Shown here: positions 23,209 to 32,000 of the stretch, in pieces | Numbering within the stretch: position 1 is the first letter of the stretch | Layout of the letters: each line of letters opens with the position of its first letter | From: an uncultured Clostridia bacterium | GTDB taxonomy: Bacteria > Bacillota > Clostridia > Christensenellales > Borkfalkiaceae | NCBI GenBank assembly: GCA_964509935.1 | Contig: CAZDZH010000011.1 | Location: 1-32,000, forward strand | Length of the DNA stretch: 32,000 bases | Reading direction: 5' to 3' | Program-made: the position numbers and the translations under genes | Notes under the pieces: model-generated | Told to the model about the DNA's origin: nothing | Seen by the model: only the letters and a program-made list of their open reading frames with translations | Databases searched by the model: none

Positions 23209-23832
23209 ATGATGAATAGTTTTCCCATTTGTATAGGCGAAAAAAAACAGAAATCGTATGCGTTTATCGTAAACGTATTATTGGTTATCGTCATCGCCGT
23301 ATTGTGCTTTAATATATATTTCAACGCGCGCTTTACTCGCGTGTACGTCGTTGGCAACTCTATGCTGAATACTCTCGTAGGGGCAAAGGACGAAAACGTT
23401 TCGGGCGGGGATTACGTCTACGTGGACAGAAACGCAGTGCCCCACAGGGGAGATATAGTAGTTATTGGCACTGAAAGAAAAATAATAATTAAGAGGATTA
23501 TAGCGTTCGGTGGCGACAGCGTCCGCATAAGCGACGGAGTTGTGTATCTCAACGGCGCGCCTCTCGACGAGCCGTACGTTTCCGATAGCAATAATCGCCT
23601 GAAAGAGGACTATCCGCGCGGCGGGGGAGAGATTACCGTGCCGCAAGGACATGTGTTTTTTCTCGGCGACAATCGGGACGTGAGCGTTGACAGCAGAAGC
23701 GATACTTACGGAACGTTGAGCGAGGATCAAATTCTGGGCGTGGTAACCGATTGGTCTGTTAAGCTGAAAGGTTTTTTCACGGGAATAAATACTTTTTTTG
23801 AGTTTACCGTTCCTTCGTTTTTCGGCGGTTAA
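23209..23832 (+). CDS. lepB: Signal peptidase I (S26 family)
   Basis: An N-terminal TM anchor, GNSMLNTL (catalytic Ser), IIKRIIAFGGDSV (catalytic Lys) and GDNRDVSVDSR. The gene starts immediately after the upstream stop. Confidence 0.9.
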   Translation: MMNSFPICIGEKKQKSYAFIVNVLLVIVIAVLCFNIYFNARFTRVYVVGNSMLNTLVGAKDENVSGGDYVYVDRNAVPHRGDIVVIGTERKIIIKRIIAFGGDSVRISDGVVYLNGAPLDEPYVSDSNNRLKEDYPRGGGEITVPQGHVFFLGDNRDVSVDSRSDTYGTLSEDQILGVVTDWSVKLKGFFTGINTFFEFTVPSFFGG

Positions 23833-23902
23833 GGAATAAAAGTTTTTATAATTTTAAAGAGAATTAATTAAAAAATAAAAAAATTTTTACGGAGATATAA
23901 AT

Positions 23903-24172
23903 ATGCGAGCAGTGGTAACGGTCGTAGGTAAGGACAAGACGGGCATAATTTCAAAAGTTTCAACCTTTCTTGCAGAAAAAGGCGTAAATATAGTAGACAT
24001 AAGTCAGACTATTTTAGACGAATATTTTGCGATGATTATGCTTGTCGACCTTGAAAACGCAAGTTCAAAACTTTCCGACCTTGCGCAGGAATGTGCGGAA
24101 ATGGGAGAAAAAATAGGAATGTCTATACATTTACAGCACGAGGAGATTTTTAACGCTATGCACAGCGTTTAA
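23903..24172 (+). CDS. ACT-domain protein (UPF0237 type)
   Basis: An 89-aa protein beginning [30 protein letters not shown], an ACT fold signature. It is paired with a UPF0210 gene, as is typical. Confidence 0.8.
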   Translation: MRAVVTVVGKDKTGIISKVSTFLAEKGVNIVDISQTILDEYFAMIMLVDLENASSKLSDLAQECAEMGEKIGMSIHLQHEEIFNAMHSV

Positions 24173-24182
24173 GGCGGATATT

Positions 24183-25538
24183 ATGTTCAATTACAACGAA
24201 GTACTCGAAACGATAAATATGATTGAGCGAGAGCATCTGGATATACGCACCGTAACGATGGGAATATCGTTGCTGCCCTGTATCCGAGCTACCGCAAAAG
24301 AAACGGCGAAAGCCGTGTACGACGCGGTTTGTAAAAAAGCGGAAAATATAGTTAAAGTTACAGGCGATTTATCAAAGGAATACGGGATTCCCATTGTCAA
24401 TAAAAGGGTGTCCGTAACGCCCGTTAGCTTAATATGCGCTCCGTTCGCGGGCGAAGCGGCTATTATAGGTAAATCGCTCGACGACGCGGCTAAAAGCCTC
24501 GGCATAGATTTCCTCGGCGGCTATTCCGCGCTCGTTCATAAGGGAATGGCGGACTATGAAAGAAAATTTATCGAAAGTATTCCCGAAGTGCTTGCAAGCA
24601 CGGAAAGGTTGTGCTCTTCGGTCAATATAGGTTCGTCAAAATCGGGGATAAATATGGACGCCGTAAAGCTTATGGGCTCGATTATAAAGCGCACGGCGGC
24701 GCTTACCGCAGACAGGGACGGATTCGGTTGCGCTAAGCTTGTCGTTTTCTGCAACGCTGTGGAGGACAACCCCTTTATGGCGGGGGCGTTTCACGGAGTA
24801 GGCGAAAGCGGAACAGTAATAAACGTGGGCGTATCAGGTCCCGGCGTAGTTCAGCATGCTATCGAAGCTATTCCGAACGCAGACCTAACGGACCTTGCCG
24901 AAATGATTAAACGCACGGCGTTTAAGATTACGAGAGCAGGTCAGCTCATAGCAAAGGAAGCCTCTAAACGGCTTAACGCCGAGTTCGGTATTGTGGATTT
25001 GTCTTTGGCTCCCACGCCCGCAAGGGGCGATTCTGTCGCGCAGATTCTGGAAGAAATGGGTCTTGAATGCGTAGGAACGCACGGAACTACGGCTTGCCTT
25101 GCTATGTTGAACGACGCAGTAAAGAAGGGCGGCGTAATGGCAAGTTCCAGGGTGGGCGGTCTTTCGGGAGCGTTCATACCCGTATCCGAAGATATAGGAA
25201 TGATAGAAGCCGCCGAAAGCGGTACGCTTTGCCTTGACAAGCTTGAAGCTATGACCGCCGTTTGTTCGGTTGGTCTGGATATGATTGCTATACCCGGCGA
25301 TACCTCCGAATCTACCATAAGCGCGATAATCGCCGACGAGGCCGCGATAGGTATGGTCAATAACAAGACTACCGCCGTAAGAGTAATTCCCGCGCCGGGC
25401 AAGGGCGTAGGCGACCAGGTGAATTTCGGCGGACTTTTAGGCAGAGCGCCTATAATGCCGGTGCACAATCAGGGCAGCAATAAATTCGTTGACAGGGGCG
25501 GTCTGATACCTGCGCCTATTCATTCGTTTAAAAATTGA
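24183..25538 (+). CDS. UPF0210/DUF711 family protein (function unknown)
   Basis: A 451-aa protein with an N-terminal [23 protein letters not shown] and a C-terminal [13 protein letters not shown], characteristic of the UPF0210 family that follows UPF0237 ACT genes. Confidence 0.8.
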   Translation: MFNYNEVLETINMIEREHLDIRTVTMGISLLPCIRATAKETAKAVYDAVCKKAENIVKVTGDLSKEYGIPIVNKRVSVTPVSLICAPFAGEAAIIGKSLDDAAKSLGIDFLGGYSALVHKGMADYERKFIESIPEVLASTERLCSSVNIGSSKSGINMDAVKLMGSIIKRTAALTADRDGFGCAKLVVFCNAVEDNPFMAGAFHGVGESGTVINVGVSGPGVVQHAIEAIPNADLTDLAEMIKRTAFKITRAGQLIAKEASKRLNAEFGIVDLSLAPTPARGDSVAQILEEMGLECVGTHGTTACLAMLNDAVKKGGVMASSRVGGLSGAFIPVSEDIGMIEAAESGTLCLDKLEAMTAVCSVGLDMIAIPGDTSESTISAIIADEAAIGMVNNKTTAVRVIPAPGKGVGDQVNFGGLLGRAPIMPVHNQGSNKFVDRGGLIPAPIHSFKN

Positions 25539-25549
25539 AAGGGGAATAA

Positions 25550-27325
25550 ATGGAAAGAAATAACGTTGAATTATCTCATAAATGGAAACTTGAAGATATA
25601 TTTTCATCCGATGAAGAGTGGGAAAAAACCTACGTATGGGCGACGGAAAATATTGATTTTGCTAAATATTCCGGTAAACTCAGCGATAAGGATTCGCTGT
25701 TGGAATTTTTGAAAGAAAACGACGAATATTTGAAGGTGCTTGAAAAACTCGCGGTTTACGCTAGTATGCGCCGCGACGAGGATACGCGTATTTCAAAATA
25801 CGCCTCTTTCGAGGGTAAAGCGGATATGCTCTTTACAAAATACTGTTCGGAAACCGCCTTCTACGAGCCTGAGCTTGCCCGTCAGGACGATAAGTATTTA
25901 AAAAACCTTTTATGCGACGAAAGATTTTCCGATTACGATTATCAGATAAAACTATTAATTAAGGGTAAACCGCACGTTTTGTCGGCGGAAGAGGAAAAAC
26001 TTATCGCTCTTTCGGGTGAAACGCTGGGTACTTTTCAGGAAACGTTTGCGATGATAGACAACGCCGACCTGCCTTTGCCTGAAATAGAATTTAACGGCGA
26101 GACGGTCAAGCTTTCTCACGGTTTGTACGGACTTATTATGCACTCTTCCGACAGGGAGATGAGAAAAACAGCCTACGAGAAATATTACGGAGCGTATCAA
26201 AGCTTTATAAATACAATTACTTCGACTTATTACGGTAACGTAAAAAAGGACGTGTTTTTAAGCAAAGCGTACAGATACGATTCCTGTCTTGACCGCGCGC
26301 TTGCTACCGAGGACGTAGACAAGAGCGTCTATGATAATCTGTTGAAATCGGTTGAAGAGAATCTGCCCGCTATGCACCGCTATATTGCCGACAGAAAGAA
26401 GATTTTAGGTTACGACAAGCTTTATTTTTACGACGTAAACGCGCCTTTGGTAGGCGACGTTGAATTAAAGATGCCCTACGACGAGGCATACGAATACGTA
26501 ATAAAGGGACTTGCTCCTCTCGGTAAAGAGTATCAGGATTTATTAAGAAAGGGTCACGACGAAAGATGGATAGACGTTGAAGAAACCGAGGGTAAGCGCA
26601 ACGGCGCGTATTCCACTCACGCGCCCGACGTACATCCTTTCGTATTGCTCAACTATCAGCCCACGACAACGGATATTTTTACAATAGCCCACGAAATGGG
26701 TCATTCGCTTCATACCTACTTTTCTGCGAAGAATCAGCCGTTTGCAAAGAGCAGTTACCGCATTTTCGTTGCCGAAGTGGCAAGCACCGTAAACGAAGTG
26801 CTGCTTTTAAAGTATATGCTTAAAGAAGCGGAGGACGTAAATTTAAGGAAATATCTTTTAAATTACTATCTCGATTCCATACGCGCAACTTTGCACCGCC
26901 AGACAATGTTTGCAGAATTTGAATATAAAGCGCACGACCTTGTCGAAAAGGGTGAACCTTTGACGAAAGAAAATATGTGCGGTCTTTATGCCGAGTTGGG
27001 TAAAAAATATTACGGAGAGGCAATCGAACACGATTATAACATTTCGTGCGAGTGGTGCCGCATACCGCATTTCTATTCAGCGTTCTACGTTTATAAATAT
27101 TCGACGGGAATAATAACGGCAATCAACATTGCGAATAAGATTCTGACGGAGGGGGGTAAAGCTGTAAAGGATTATTTCTCGTTCCTGTCCGGCGGTTCTT
27201 CAACAGACCCCGTTTCTCTGCTGAAACTTGCCGGGGTGGATTTGACGAAACCGCAACCTTTCGAATTTGCAATGAAAGAATTTGAAAATACGCTCAATGA
27301 ATTTGAGAAATTGATGGAAATATAG
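25550..27325 (+). CDS. pepF: Oligoendopeptidase F (M3B metallopeptidase)
   Basis: About 591 aa, with the HEMGH zinc motif in the context FTIAHEMGHSLHTYF, a downstream EVAS, and overall PepF-like layout. Confidence 0.9.
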   Translation: MERNNVELSHKWKLEDIFSSDEEWEKTYVWATENIDFAKYSGKLSDKDSLLEFLKENDEYLKVLEKLAVYASMRRDEDTRISKYASFEGKADMLFTKYCSETAFYEPELARQDDKYLKNLLCDERFSDYDYQIKLLIKGKPHVLSAEEEKLIALSGETLGTFQETFAMIDNADLPLPEIEFNGETVKLSHGLYGLIMHSSDREMRKTAYEKYYGAYQSFINTITSTYYGNVKKDVFLSKAYRYDSCLDRALATEDVDKSVYDNLLKSVEENLPAMHRYIADRKKILGYDKLYFYDVNAPLVGDVELKMPYDEAYEYVIKGLAPLGKEYQDLLRKGHDERWIDVEETEGKRNGAYSTHAPDVHPFVLLNYQPTTTDIFTIAHEMGHSLHTYFSAKNQPFAKSSYRIFVAEVASTVNEVLLLKYMLKEAEDVNLRKYLLNYYLDSIRATLHRQTMFAEFEYKAHDLVEKGEPLTKENMCGLYAELGKKYYGEAIEHDYNISCEWCRIPHFYSAFYVYKYSTGIITAINIANKILTEGGKAVKDYFSFLSGGSSTDPVSLLKLAGVDLTKPQPFEFAMKEFENTLNEFEKLMEI

Positions 27326-27331
27326 AGTACT

Positions 27332-28783
27332 ATGTCTGACAAAACTAATGTAATGCCCAATAATTTAGACGCCGAACAGGCTCTTTTGGGCTGTATGCTT
27401 ATCGATAACGAGATACTGGCCGACGTACTGGAAAAGCTGAACGAGGACGATTTTTATCAGGAATCGCATCAATACATTTTATCTGCGATGAAGATTATTT
27501 TTGCCGAGCATAAGCCTTTGGACCTTATCACGATTATCGATAAACTCGATACCGAGGGCAATCTTGAAAAAGCCGGTGGAGTTTCTTATCTTACCGAGCT
27601 TACGCAAACTACGCCTTCTTCCGCAAATTATAATCATTATTTCGATATTGTCAGGAGAGACGCTATAAATCGCAGACTGATACGCGCGGCGAGGGATATC
27701 ATTAAATATTCCCAGACTAGCGACGATAACGTAAAAAGCGTTCAGTATGCCGAAAGTCTGGTTTACGATATTTCCAAGACAAACGACACTTCTACTATGA
27801 AGGATATACGTGAAAGCGACGGCGTGGACAGCGTTCTTATAAAATTTCAGAAGCTGGCTGAAGATAAAGACGCTTTCCGCGGTATACCTACGGGATTTAT
27901 CCGCCTTGACAAACTAACCAACGGTTTGCAGAAGTCCGACCTTATCGTCATTGCCGCCCGTCCCGGTATGGGTAAAACTTCGCTTGCTATGAATATAATC
28001 GAAAGCGCCGCGTTGAAACACGATAAGGTTTGCGCTGTCTTTTCGCTCGAAATGCCTGAAACTCAGATTATCCAAAGGCTTCTTTGCGGTTATGCGGGCG
28101 TGTCTATGGCGGACGCGCTTTCGGGTAAGCTTACCCCCAACGACTGGAAAAAGATTGTCAGGGCAAGCGAAGATTTGAAAAAGAGCAGAATAAATATTGA
28201 CGATTCCTCGCGCGTCACGCCCGCCGAAATTCTTTCTAAATGCCGAAGAATTAAGGCTAAAAATAACGGTCAGCTCGACCTCATTATGATAGACTACATA
28301 CAGCTTATGTCGAGCGGAAAAAAACAGTCGGGCGATATGAACAGAACGCAGGAAGTCGCCGATATCACGCGTGAATTGAAAATAATGGCTAAGGAACTCG
28401 ACGTTCCCGTAATCGCTCTTTCGCAGCTGCGCCGTATGTTGACCAAAGAACCTCAGCTTTCCGACCTGCGCGAATCGGGCGCGATAGAACAGGATGCAGA
28501 TATTGTAATGTTTATCAACCGTCCTGACGTAAACGCGAGCGACGAAGATATAAAGAAGAACAATATAGTTAAAGGTATGGCTGATCTTATCGTCGCGAAA
28601 CACCGTAACGGCGGCTTGGACAGAATTAAACTGCGCTTTAAAGGCGAGCTTACCAAGTTCGTCAATCCCGAACCCGACGACGATATTCAGGAGCCGGGAA
28701 GAAGCGGCGCGCCTATACCCGAAGATATTCCGCCCGAAGATAACGGCGGCGACGCGGATTACGACGGTGAAATGCCGTTCTGA
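27332..28783 (+). CDS. dnaB: Replicative DNA helicase (DnaB family; DnaC in Bacillus nomenclature) with an acidic C-terminal extension
   Basis: N-terminal LDAEQALLGCML, Walker A ARPGMGKTS, Walker B LIMIDYIQLM, LSQLRR, and SGAIEQDADIV. About 40 extra acidic and proline-rich residues end in DYDGEMPF. Confidence 0.95.
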   Translation: MSDKTNVMPNNLDAEQALLGCMLIDNEILADVLEKLNEDDFYQESHQYILSAMKIIFAEHKPLDLITIIDKLDTEGNLEKAGGVSYLTELTQTTPSSANYNHYFDIVRRDAINRRLIRAARDIIKYSQTSDDNVKSVQYAESLVYDISKTNDTSTMKDIRESDGVDSVLIKFQKLAEDKDAFRGIPTGFIRLDKLTNGLQKSDLIVIAARPGMGKTSLAMNIIESAALKHDKVCAVFSLEMPETQIIQRLLCGYAGVSMADALSGKLTPNDWKKIVRASEDLKKSRINIDDSSRVTPAEILSKCRRIKAKNNGQLDLIMIDYIQLMSSGKKQSGDMNRTQEVADITRELKIMAKELDVPVIALSQLRRMLTKEPQLSDLRESGAIEQDADIVMFINRPDVNASDEDIKKNNIVKGMADLIVAKHRNGGLDRIKLRFKGELTKFVNPEPDDDIQEPGRSGAPIPEDIPPEDNGGDADYDGEMPF

Positions 28784-28788
28784 TAATT

Positions 28789-29778
28789 ATGAATACTTGC
28801 ATTCTTGAAATCGACCAAAAATCGTTGCTTCTTACGAAAAAAGTAATCGAAGATGGCGGAGCTGTCGCCTTTCCTACCGAAACGGTTTACGGTCTGGGCG
28901 CTAACGCCTTCGACGACGTCGCCGTAAAAAATATTTTTAAAATTAAAGGCAGACCTGGCGATAACCCTTTGATTGTTCACGTTCATAAAGATTACGATAT
29001 TTCTAAGTTGGTTTCTTATATTCCAGAATATGCGCGCCTGCTCGCTAAGGCGTTTCTTCCGGGACCGTTGACTATGGTGTACAAGAGCCAAGGGTCGGTA
29101 AGTTCTGCCGTTTCTTGCGGATTGGATACCATTGCGATAAGAATACCCTCTCACGAGGGTGCGCAGGCGTTTTTAAGAAGCGTCAATCTGCCCATAGCAG
29201 CGCCCAGCGCGAATATTTCAAAGCACGTCAGTCCTGTAACCGCCACGCACGTCTACGACGATCTTAACGGTAAAATCGAATACATTCTCGACGGCGGAAA
29301 ATGTACAGGCGGCATAGAGAGCACCGTGCTTGACTGCACGGGCGACGTGCCCTGCGTGCTCAGAAGCGGACTGATCACCCGCGAAATGATAGCCGCCGTG
29401 GCGGGAGATTGTACTGAATATAAAATAGTAGAGGGCGAACGCGTGCGTTCCCCCGGAATGAAATACAAGCACTATTCGCCCCGTTGCAAGACTATGCTTT
29501 TTGATTACGAAAACAGGTTCGAGGCGTTTAAACAATATGAAAAACAGCTTAAAAACGGCGTAAAAGCGTATATTATGTGCGACGACGCCGTGGCGGAGGA
29601 ACTTGGCGCGGAAAATATTCTTAATCTCGGCAAAGATGAAATTCAGATAGCGGCTAATCTATACGACAAGCTGCGCGAGGGCGAAGAAATTGCCGACATG
29701 ATAATAGCCGTCGCACCTCAGAAACAAGACGGCGTAATGGTGGGCGTAATGAATAGATTGCGGAAGGCGTGCGGCTGA
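28789..29778 (+). CDS. tsaC: L-threonylcarbamoyladenylate synthase (YwlC/Sua5-type TsaC with a C-terminal Sua5 domain)
   Basis: AFPTETVYGLGANA, KGRPGDNPLIVH and SANISKHVSP. The 329-aa length implies the extra Sua5 C-terminal domain. Confidence 0.9.
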   Translation: MNTCILEIDQKSLLLTKKVIEDGGAVAFPTETVYGLGANAFDDVAVKNIFKIKGRPGDNPLIVHVHKDYDISKLVSYIPEYARLLAKAFLPGPLTMVYKSQGSVSSAVSCGLDTIAIRIPSHEGAQAFLRSVNLPIAAPSANISKHVSPVTATHVYDDLNGKIEYILDGGKCTGGIESTVLDCTGDVPCVLRSGLITREMIAAVAGDCTEYKIVEGERVRSPGMKYKHYSPRCKTMLFDYENRFEAFKQYEKQLKNGVKAYIMCDDAVAEELGAENILNLGKDEIQIAANLYDKLREGEEIADMIIAVAPQKQDGVMVGVMNRLRKACG

Positions 29779-30218
29779 TGAAAAGGAAGAAAATACTGTT
29801 TGTCTGTACGGGCAACACTTGCCGAAGCCCTATGGCTGAAGCTATTCTTAAAAGTTATATAAAAAAACGCAAGATAAAGTGGTGGGACGTATCTTCCTGC
29901 GGTATCAATGCTGAGATTAACTCCCCTATTAGCGAAAACAGCAAAGTCGCTCTTGCCGAAATGGGTATAACGGTCTCCAATTTCAAGCCGAGACAGCTTA
30001 CCCAGAAGAAAATAGAAAACAGCGAGGTCGTTATTACTATGACCTCATCGCAAAAGCAACTTCTTGAAGGTTGCGGAAACGTAGTCAGCGTAAAAGATTT
30101 ATGCGGCTTCGACGTACCGGACCCGTACGGCGGCAGTTTGGATACATATTTAACTACGCGCAGAGCGTTGGAAATTGCTTGCAATATAATAATAGAAAAA
30201 TATATTTTAAATAATTAG
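29778..30218 (+). CDS. Low-molecular-weight protein phosphatase (YwlE-like Tyr/Arg phosphatase)
   Basis: The CTGNTCRSPMAE (CX5R-S) P-loop and the DVPDPYG Asp loop. I prefer ATG 29778, which forms a TGATG overlap and has GGAAGG upstream, over GTG 29769. Confidence 0.85.
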   Translation: MKRKKILFVCTGNTCRSPMAEAILKSYIKKRKIKWWDVSSCGINAEINSPISENSKVALAEMGITVSNFKPRQLTQKKIENSEVVITMTSSQKQLLEGCGNVVSVKDLCGFDVPDPYGGSLDTYLTTRRALEIACNIIIEKYILNN

Positions 30219-30227
30219 GAGATAAAA

Positions 30228-30677
30228 ATGAAAATTGCACTTGCTTGCGACCACGGCGGTCTCAATCTCAAACACGAAATCATTAAATACCTTACTGAAA
30301 ACGGATACGAATACGAAGATTTCGGAACAAACACTACGGATAGTTGCGATTATCCCGATTTTGCTCTTCCCGCCGCAGAGGCGGTTGCGTGCGGTAAGTG
30401 CGACAGGGGTATCCTTGTCTGCTCCACGGGTATCGGCGTATCGATAGTTGCCAACAAAGTCCCCGGCGTGCGTTGCGCGCATTGTCACGATACCTATTGC
30501 GCCGAATTTACCAGACTTCACAACGACGCTAATATGATTGCGATGGGCGAAAAAATCGTAGGCGCAGGGTATGCTCTCAAAATAGTCGAAAAATTTCTGA
30601 CTACTCAATTCGAGGGCGGAAGGCACCAGAGAAGAGTAGATAAGATTACGGCAATAGAAAAGAAATATTGCAAATAA
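30228..30677 (+). CDS. rpiB: Ribose-5-phosphate isomerase B
   Basis: MKIALACDHGG, GILVCSTGIGVSIVANK (catalytic Cys context) and HNDANMIAMG, in 149 aa. Confidence 0.9.
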   Translation: MKIALACDHGGLNLKHEIIKYLTENGYEYEDFGTNTTDSCDYPDFALPAAEAVACGKCDRGILVCSTGIGVSIVANKVPGVRCAHCHDTYCAEFTRLHNDANMIAMGEKIVGAGYALKIVEKFLTTQFEGGRHQRRVDKITAIEKKYCK

Positions 30678-30679
30678 TT

Positions 30680-31477
30680 ATGATAGATATTCATCTGCAC
30701 ACGCGTTTTTCGTTCGACAGCAAGGAAGAACCCGAAAATTTTATCGGTAAGGCTAACTCTCTCGGAATAAAAAGTCTGGGATTTTCGGAACATTACGATT
30801 ACGACGCGTTCCTTGACGGGGCGGATATAAGTCTTTGCGACGTACCGGCATATGCCGCTTATTTAAATAAACTGCGCGAAAACTACCCCGATACCGAAAT
30901 TCTTTTCGGTATAGAGTTGGGTTACAGTCCTGCCGCGGAGGAAGAATTCAGAAATTTGACCAATCGTTATCCTTTCGATTACGTAATAAACAGTGTACAC
31001 ACTCTTCCGGGCAGGGGGGACTGTTATTATCCGAAATTTTTTGACGGGATTACTTTACGACAAGCGTATACCGATTATTTTAACGCCGTACTTGCAAGCG
31101 TAAAGGCGGATTACGATTATCAGATAGTAGGGCATATCGGCTACGTTTCACGCTATTGCAAAGGCGAAAACGCTTTAATAAAGTATTGCGATTATTCCGA
31201 AATTTTCGACGAGATTTTAAAAGAAATAATCAAACGCGACAAATGCCTTGAAATCAATACTTCGACAGGTGAAGCGAATTGCGATTTTTTCCCCGATAAA
31301 GATATAATAATAAGGTATCTGCAACTCGGCGGTAAAAAACTATCCTTTGCAAGCGACGCTCATTCCGCAGAAAAGTATCGCAAGGGCGCGGACAAAGTAA
31401 ATCAGTTTTTGTCTGCCGAAGGGGTCAGCGAGCTTTGCTATTTTAAAAATCGCCAATGTTTGTTTTACAAAATATAA
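30680..31477 (+). CDS. PHP-family phosphoesterase (histidinol-phosphatase HisJ/HisK-like)
   Basis: MIDIHLHTRFSFDS (HxH), EHYDY, GHIGY and FASDAHS metal-ligand blocks. I prefer ATG 30680 over TTG 30668. Confidence 0.75.
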   Translation: MIDIHLHTRFSFDSKEEPENFIGKANSLGIKSLGFSEHYDYDAFLDGADISLCDVPAYAAYLNKLRENYPDTEILFGIELGYSPAAEEEFRNLTNRYPFDYVINSVHTLPGRGDCYYPKFFDGITLRQAYTDYFNAVLASVKADYDYQIVGHIGYVSRYCKGENALIKYCDYSEIFDEILKEIIKRDKCLEINTSTGEANCDFFPDKDIIIRYLQLGGKKLSFASDAHSAEKYRKGADKVNQFLSAEGVSELCYFKNRQCLFYKI

Positions 31478-31595
31478 ATAATTAAATAATTAAATAATTT
31501 TATAACTTTTTTTATACGGCGCAGGCGAATGGCTTTACCCTTTTGCCCGCGCCGTATAAATTATTAAAAAAATTTAAATATATAAGTAAAAACAC

Positions 31596-31624
31596 TTTAC
31601 TTCTTTACCGCAATAAAGTATAAT
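31596..31624 (+). promoter_or_regulatory. Candidate promoter of the YerC-like gene (TTTACT - 17 nt - TATAAT), overlapped by TTTAC repeats
   Basis: TTTACT at 31596-31601 and TATAAT at 31619-31624 with a 17-nt spacer. The AAGGTGA RBS lies before ATG 31654. Confidence 0.5.
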
Positions 31625-31653
31625 AATTGCGTAATAAACGTTAAGGTGATAAA

Positions 31654-31941
31654 ATGAAAAACGTTGACGAGCATATTGAACAGCTTTACGATGTTCTGGT
31701 AAAGTTACAGACACGCGAGGATTGCAAGGCGCTTTTAGATGATCTTTGCACTTTTAAAGAGGTTGAACAGATGGCTCAGCGCGCATATGCGGCAAAACTG
31801 TTTCTGGAAGGGAAAACCTATACGGAAATTATTTCAGAAACAGAGCTTTCAAGCACGACGCTTTCGCGCATTTCACGTTCGGTTTCGCACGGTAGCGGCG
31901 GTTACAGAAAATTTATAGATTATTCGGGTAAGGAAGAATGA
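31654..31941 (+). CDS. yerC: YerC/YecD-family TrpR-like DNA-binding protein
   Basis: A 95-aa protein with LLDDLCTFKEVEQMAQRAYAAKLFLEGKTYTEIISETELSSTTLSRISR. This is the TrpR-like helix-turn-helix typical of YerC/YecD. Confidence 0.8.
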   Translation: MKNVDEHIEQLYDVLVKLQTREDCKALLDDLCTFKEVEQMAQRAYAAKLFLEGKTYTEIISETELSSTTLSRISRSVSHGSGGYRKFIDYSGKEE

Positions 31942-32000
31942 ATATTTACAGACAGGAAGAGGCGGTTTTATCCGACCTGACTTCACTATACGAAAGCAGA
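31938..32000 (+). CDS. 5' end of a further CDS (truncated by the window edge); possibly a HisZ/HisS-like protein
   Basis: ATG 31938 overlaps the yerC stop (ATGA). Only 21 codons are visible (MNIYRQEEAVLSDLTSLYESR), so the function is a guess based on context. Confidence 0.3.
   Translation, partial: MNIYRQEEAVLSDLTSLYESR

Noticed and set aside
23278-23730. A 150-aa antisense ORF inside lepB
   Set aside because: It lies opposite a CDS with clear catalytic motifs. It has no RBS or promoter and an off-frame-like composition.
24941-25468. A 175-aa antisense ORF inside the UPF0210 gene
   Set aside because: It is Ala/Ser/Pro/Ile-rich, the mirror of a Gly/Ala-rich sense frame. It has no start context, and the sense frame has clear family signatures.
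27914-28603. A 229-aa antisense ORF inside dnaB, the longest shadow ORF in the window
   Set aside because: The sense strand encodes an unmistakable DnaB helicase core with Walker A and B motifs. The antisense product has no recognisable motifs or translation signals.
30207-30626. A 139-aa antisense ORF inside rpiB
   Set aside because: It is a shadow ORF of a well-supported RpiB gene, with no independent signals.
31513-31557. A hairpin (tatacggcgc ... gcgccgtata) after the PHP phosphatase gene, considered as a terminator
   Set aside because: The 10-bp stem is perfect, but the loop is about 25 nt and no clean U-tract follows on the plus strand. It may still attenuate transcription, but I cannot call it with confidence.

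Overview
This 32-kb segment looks like chromosomal DNA from a low-GC Firmicute (Clostridia-like). The evidence is SigA-type TTGACA/TATAAT promoters, GGAG-type ribosome-binding sites, ywlC-ywlE-rpiB synteny, and DnaD-family, FakA/DegV and SipS-type genes. I saw no integrase, transposase, CRISPR array or rRNA. Left to right, the window contains: (1) a monocistronic tRNA-Thr(GGU) on the minus strand with its own consensus promoter and terminator, followed by a CDF metal-efflux gene. (2) A tightly packed nine-gene plus-strand operon (1357-10984), bracketed by a promoter and strong terminators. It encodes two acyl-adenylating enzymes, one fused to a PCP-type carrier domain and one paired with a free-standing ACP. 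It also encodes two PlsC-type acyltransferases, an LRAT/PLAAT-like Cys-His domain fused to an Sfp-type phosphopantetheinyl transferase, a membrane-anchored alpha/beta hydrolase, and a DegV(FakB)/DAK2(FakA)-like pair. I consider this self-contained carrier-protein-dependent acyl-transfer system the best candidate for an undescribed lipid scavenging, remodelling or lipid-metabolite pathway. (3) A minus-strand envelope operon with a GT2-GtrA-like fusion, an alpha/beta hydrolase carrying Cys at the nucleophile position, and a cytoplasmic NodB/DUF3473 deacetylase, which follows ArnC/ArnD-like logic. (4) An Asn/Gly/Tyr-rich, prion-like membrane protein and another anchored hydrolase. (5) Replication and repair genes: a DnaD/DnaB(Bsu)-family protein with four repeats and a C-terminal Zn-ribbon, then sbcD and a hook-less sbcC, then an alpha/beta-hydrolase-like gene with a degenerate nucleophile elbow, then signal peptidase I. 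(6) A tightly spaced housekeeping array: ACT/UPF0210 pair, pepF, replicative helicase dnaB (with an unusual SSB-tip-like acidic tail), tsaC, LMW phosphatase, rpiB and a PHP phosphatase. This is followed by a YerC/TrpR-like regulator whose promoter is covered by TTTAC repeats. All functional calls rest on motifs I read in the translated ORFs. No database search was run.
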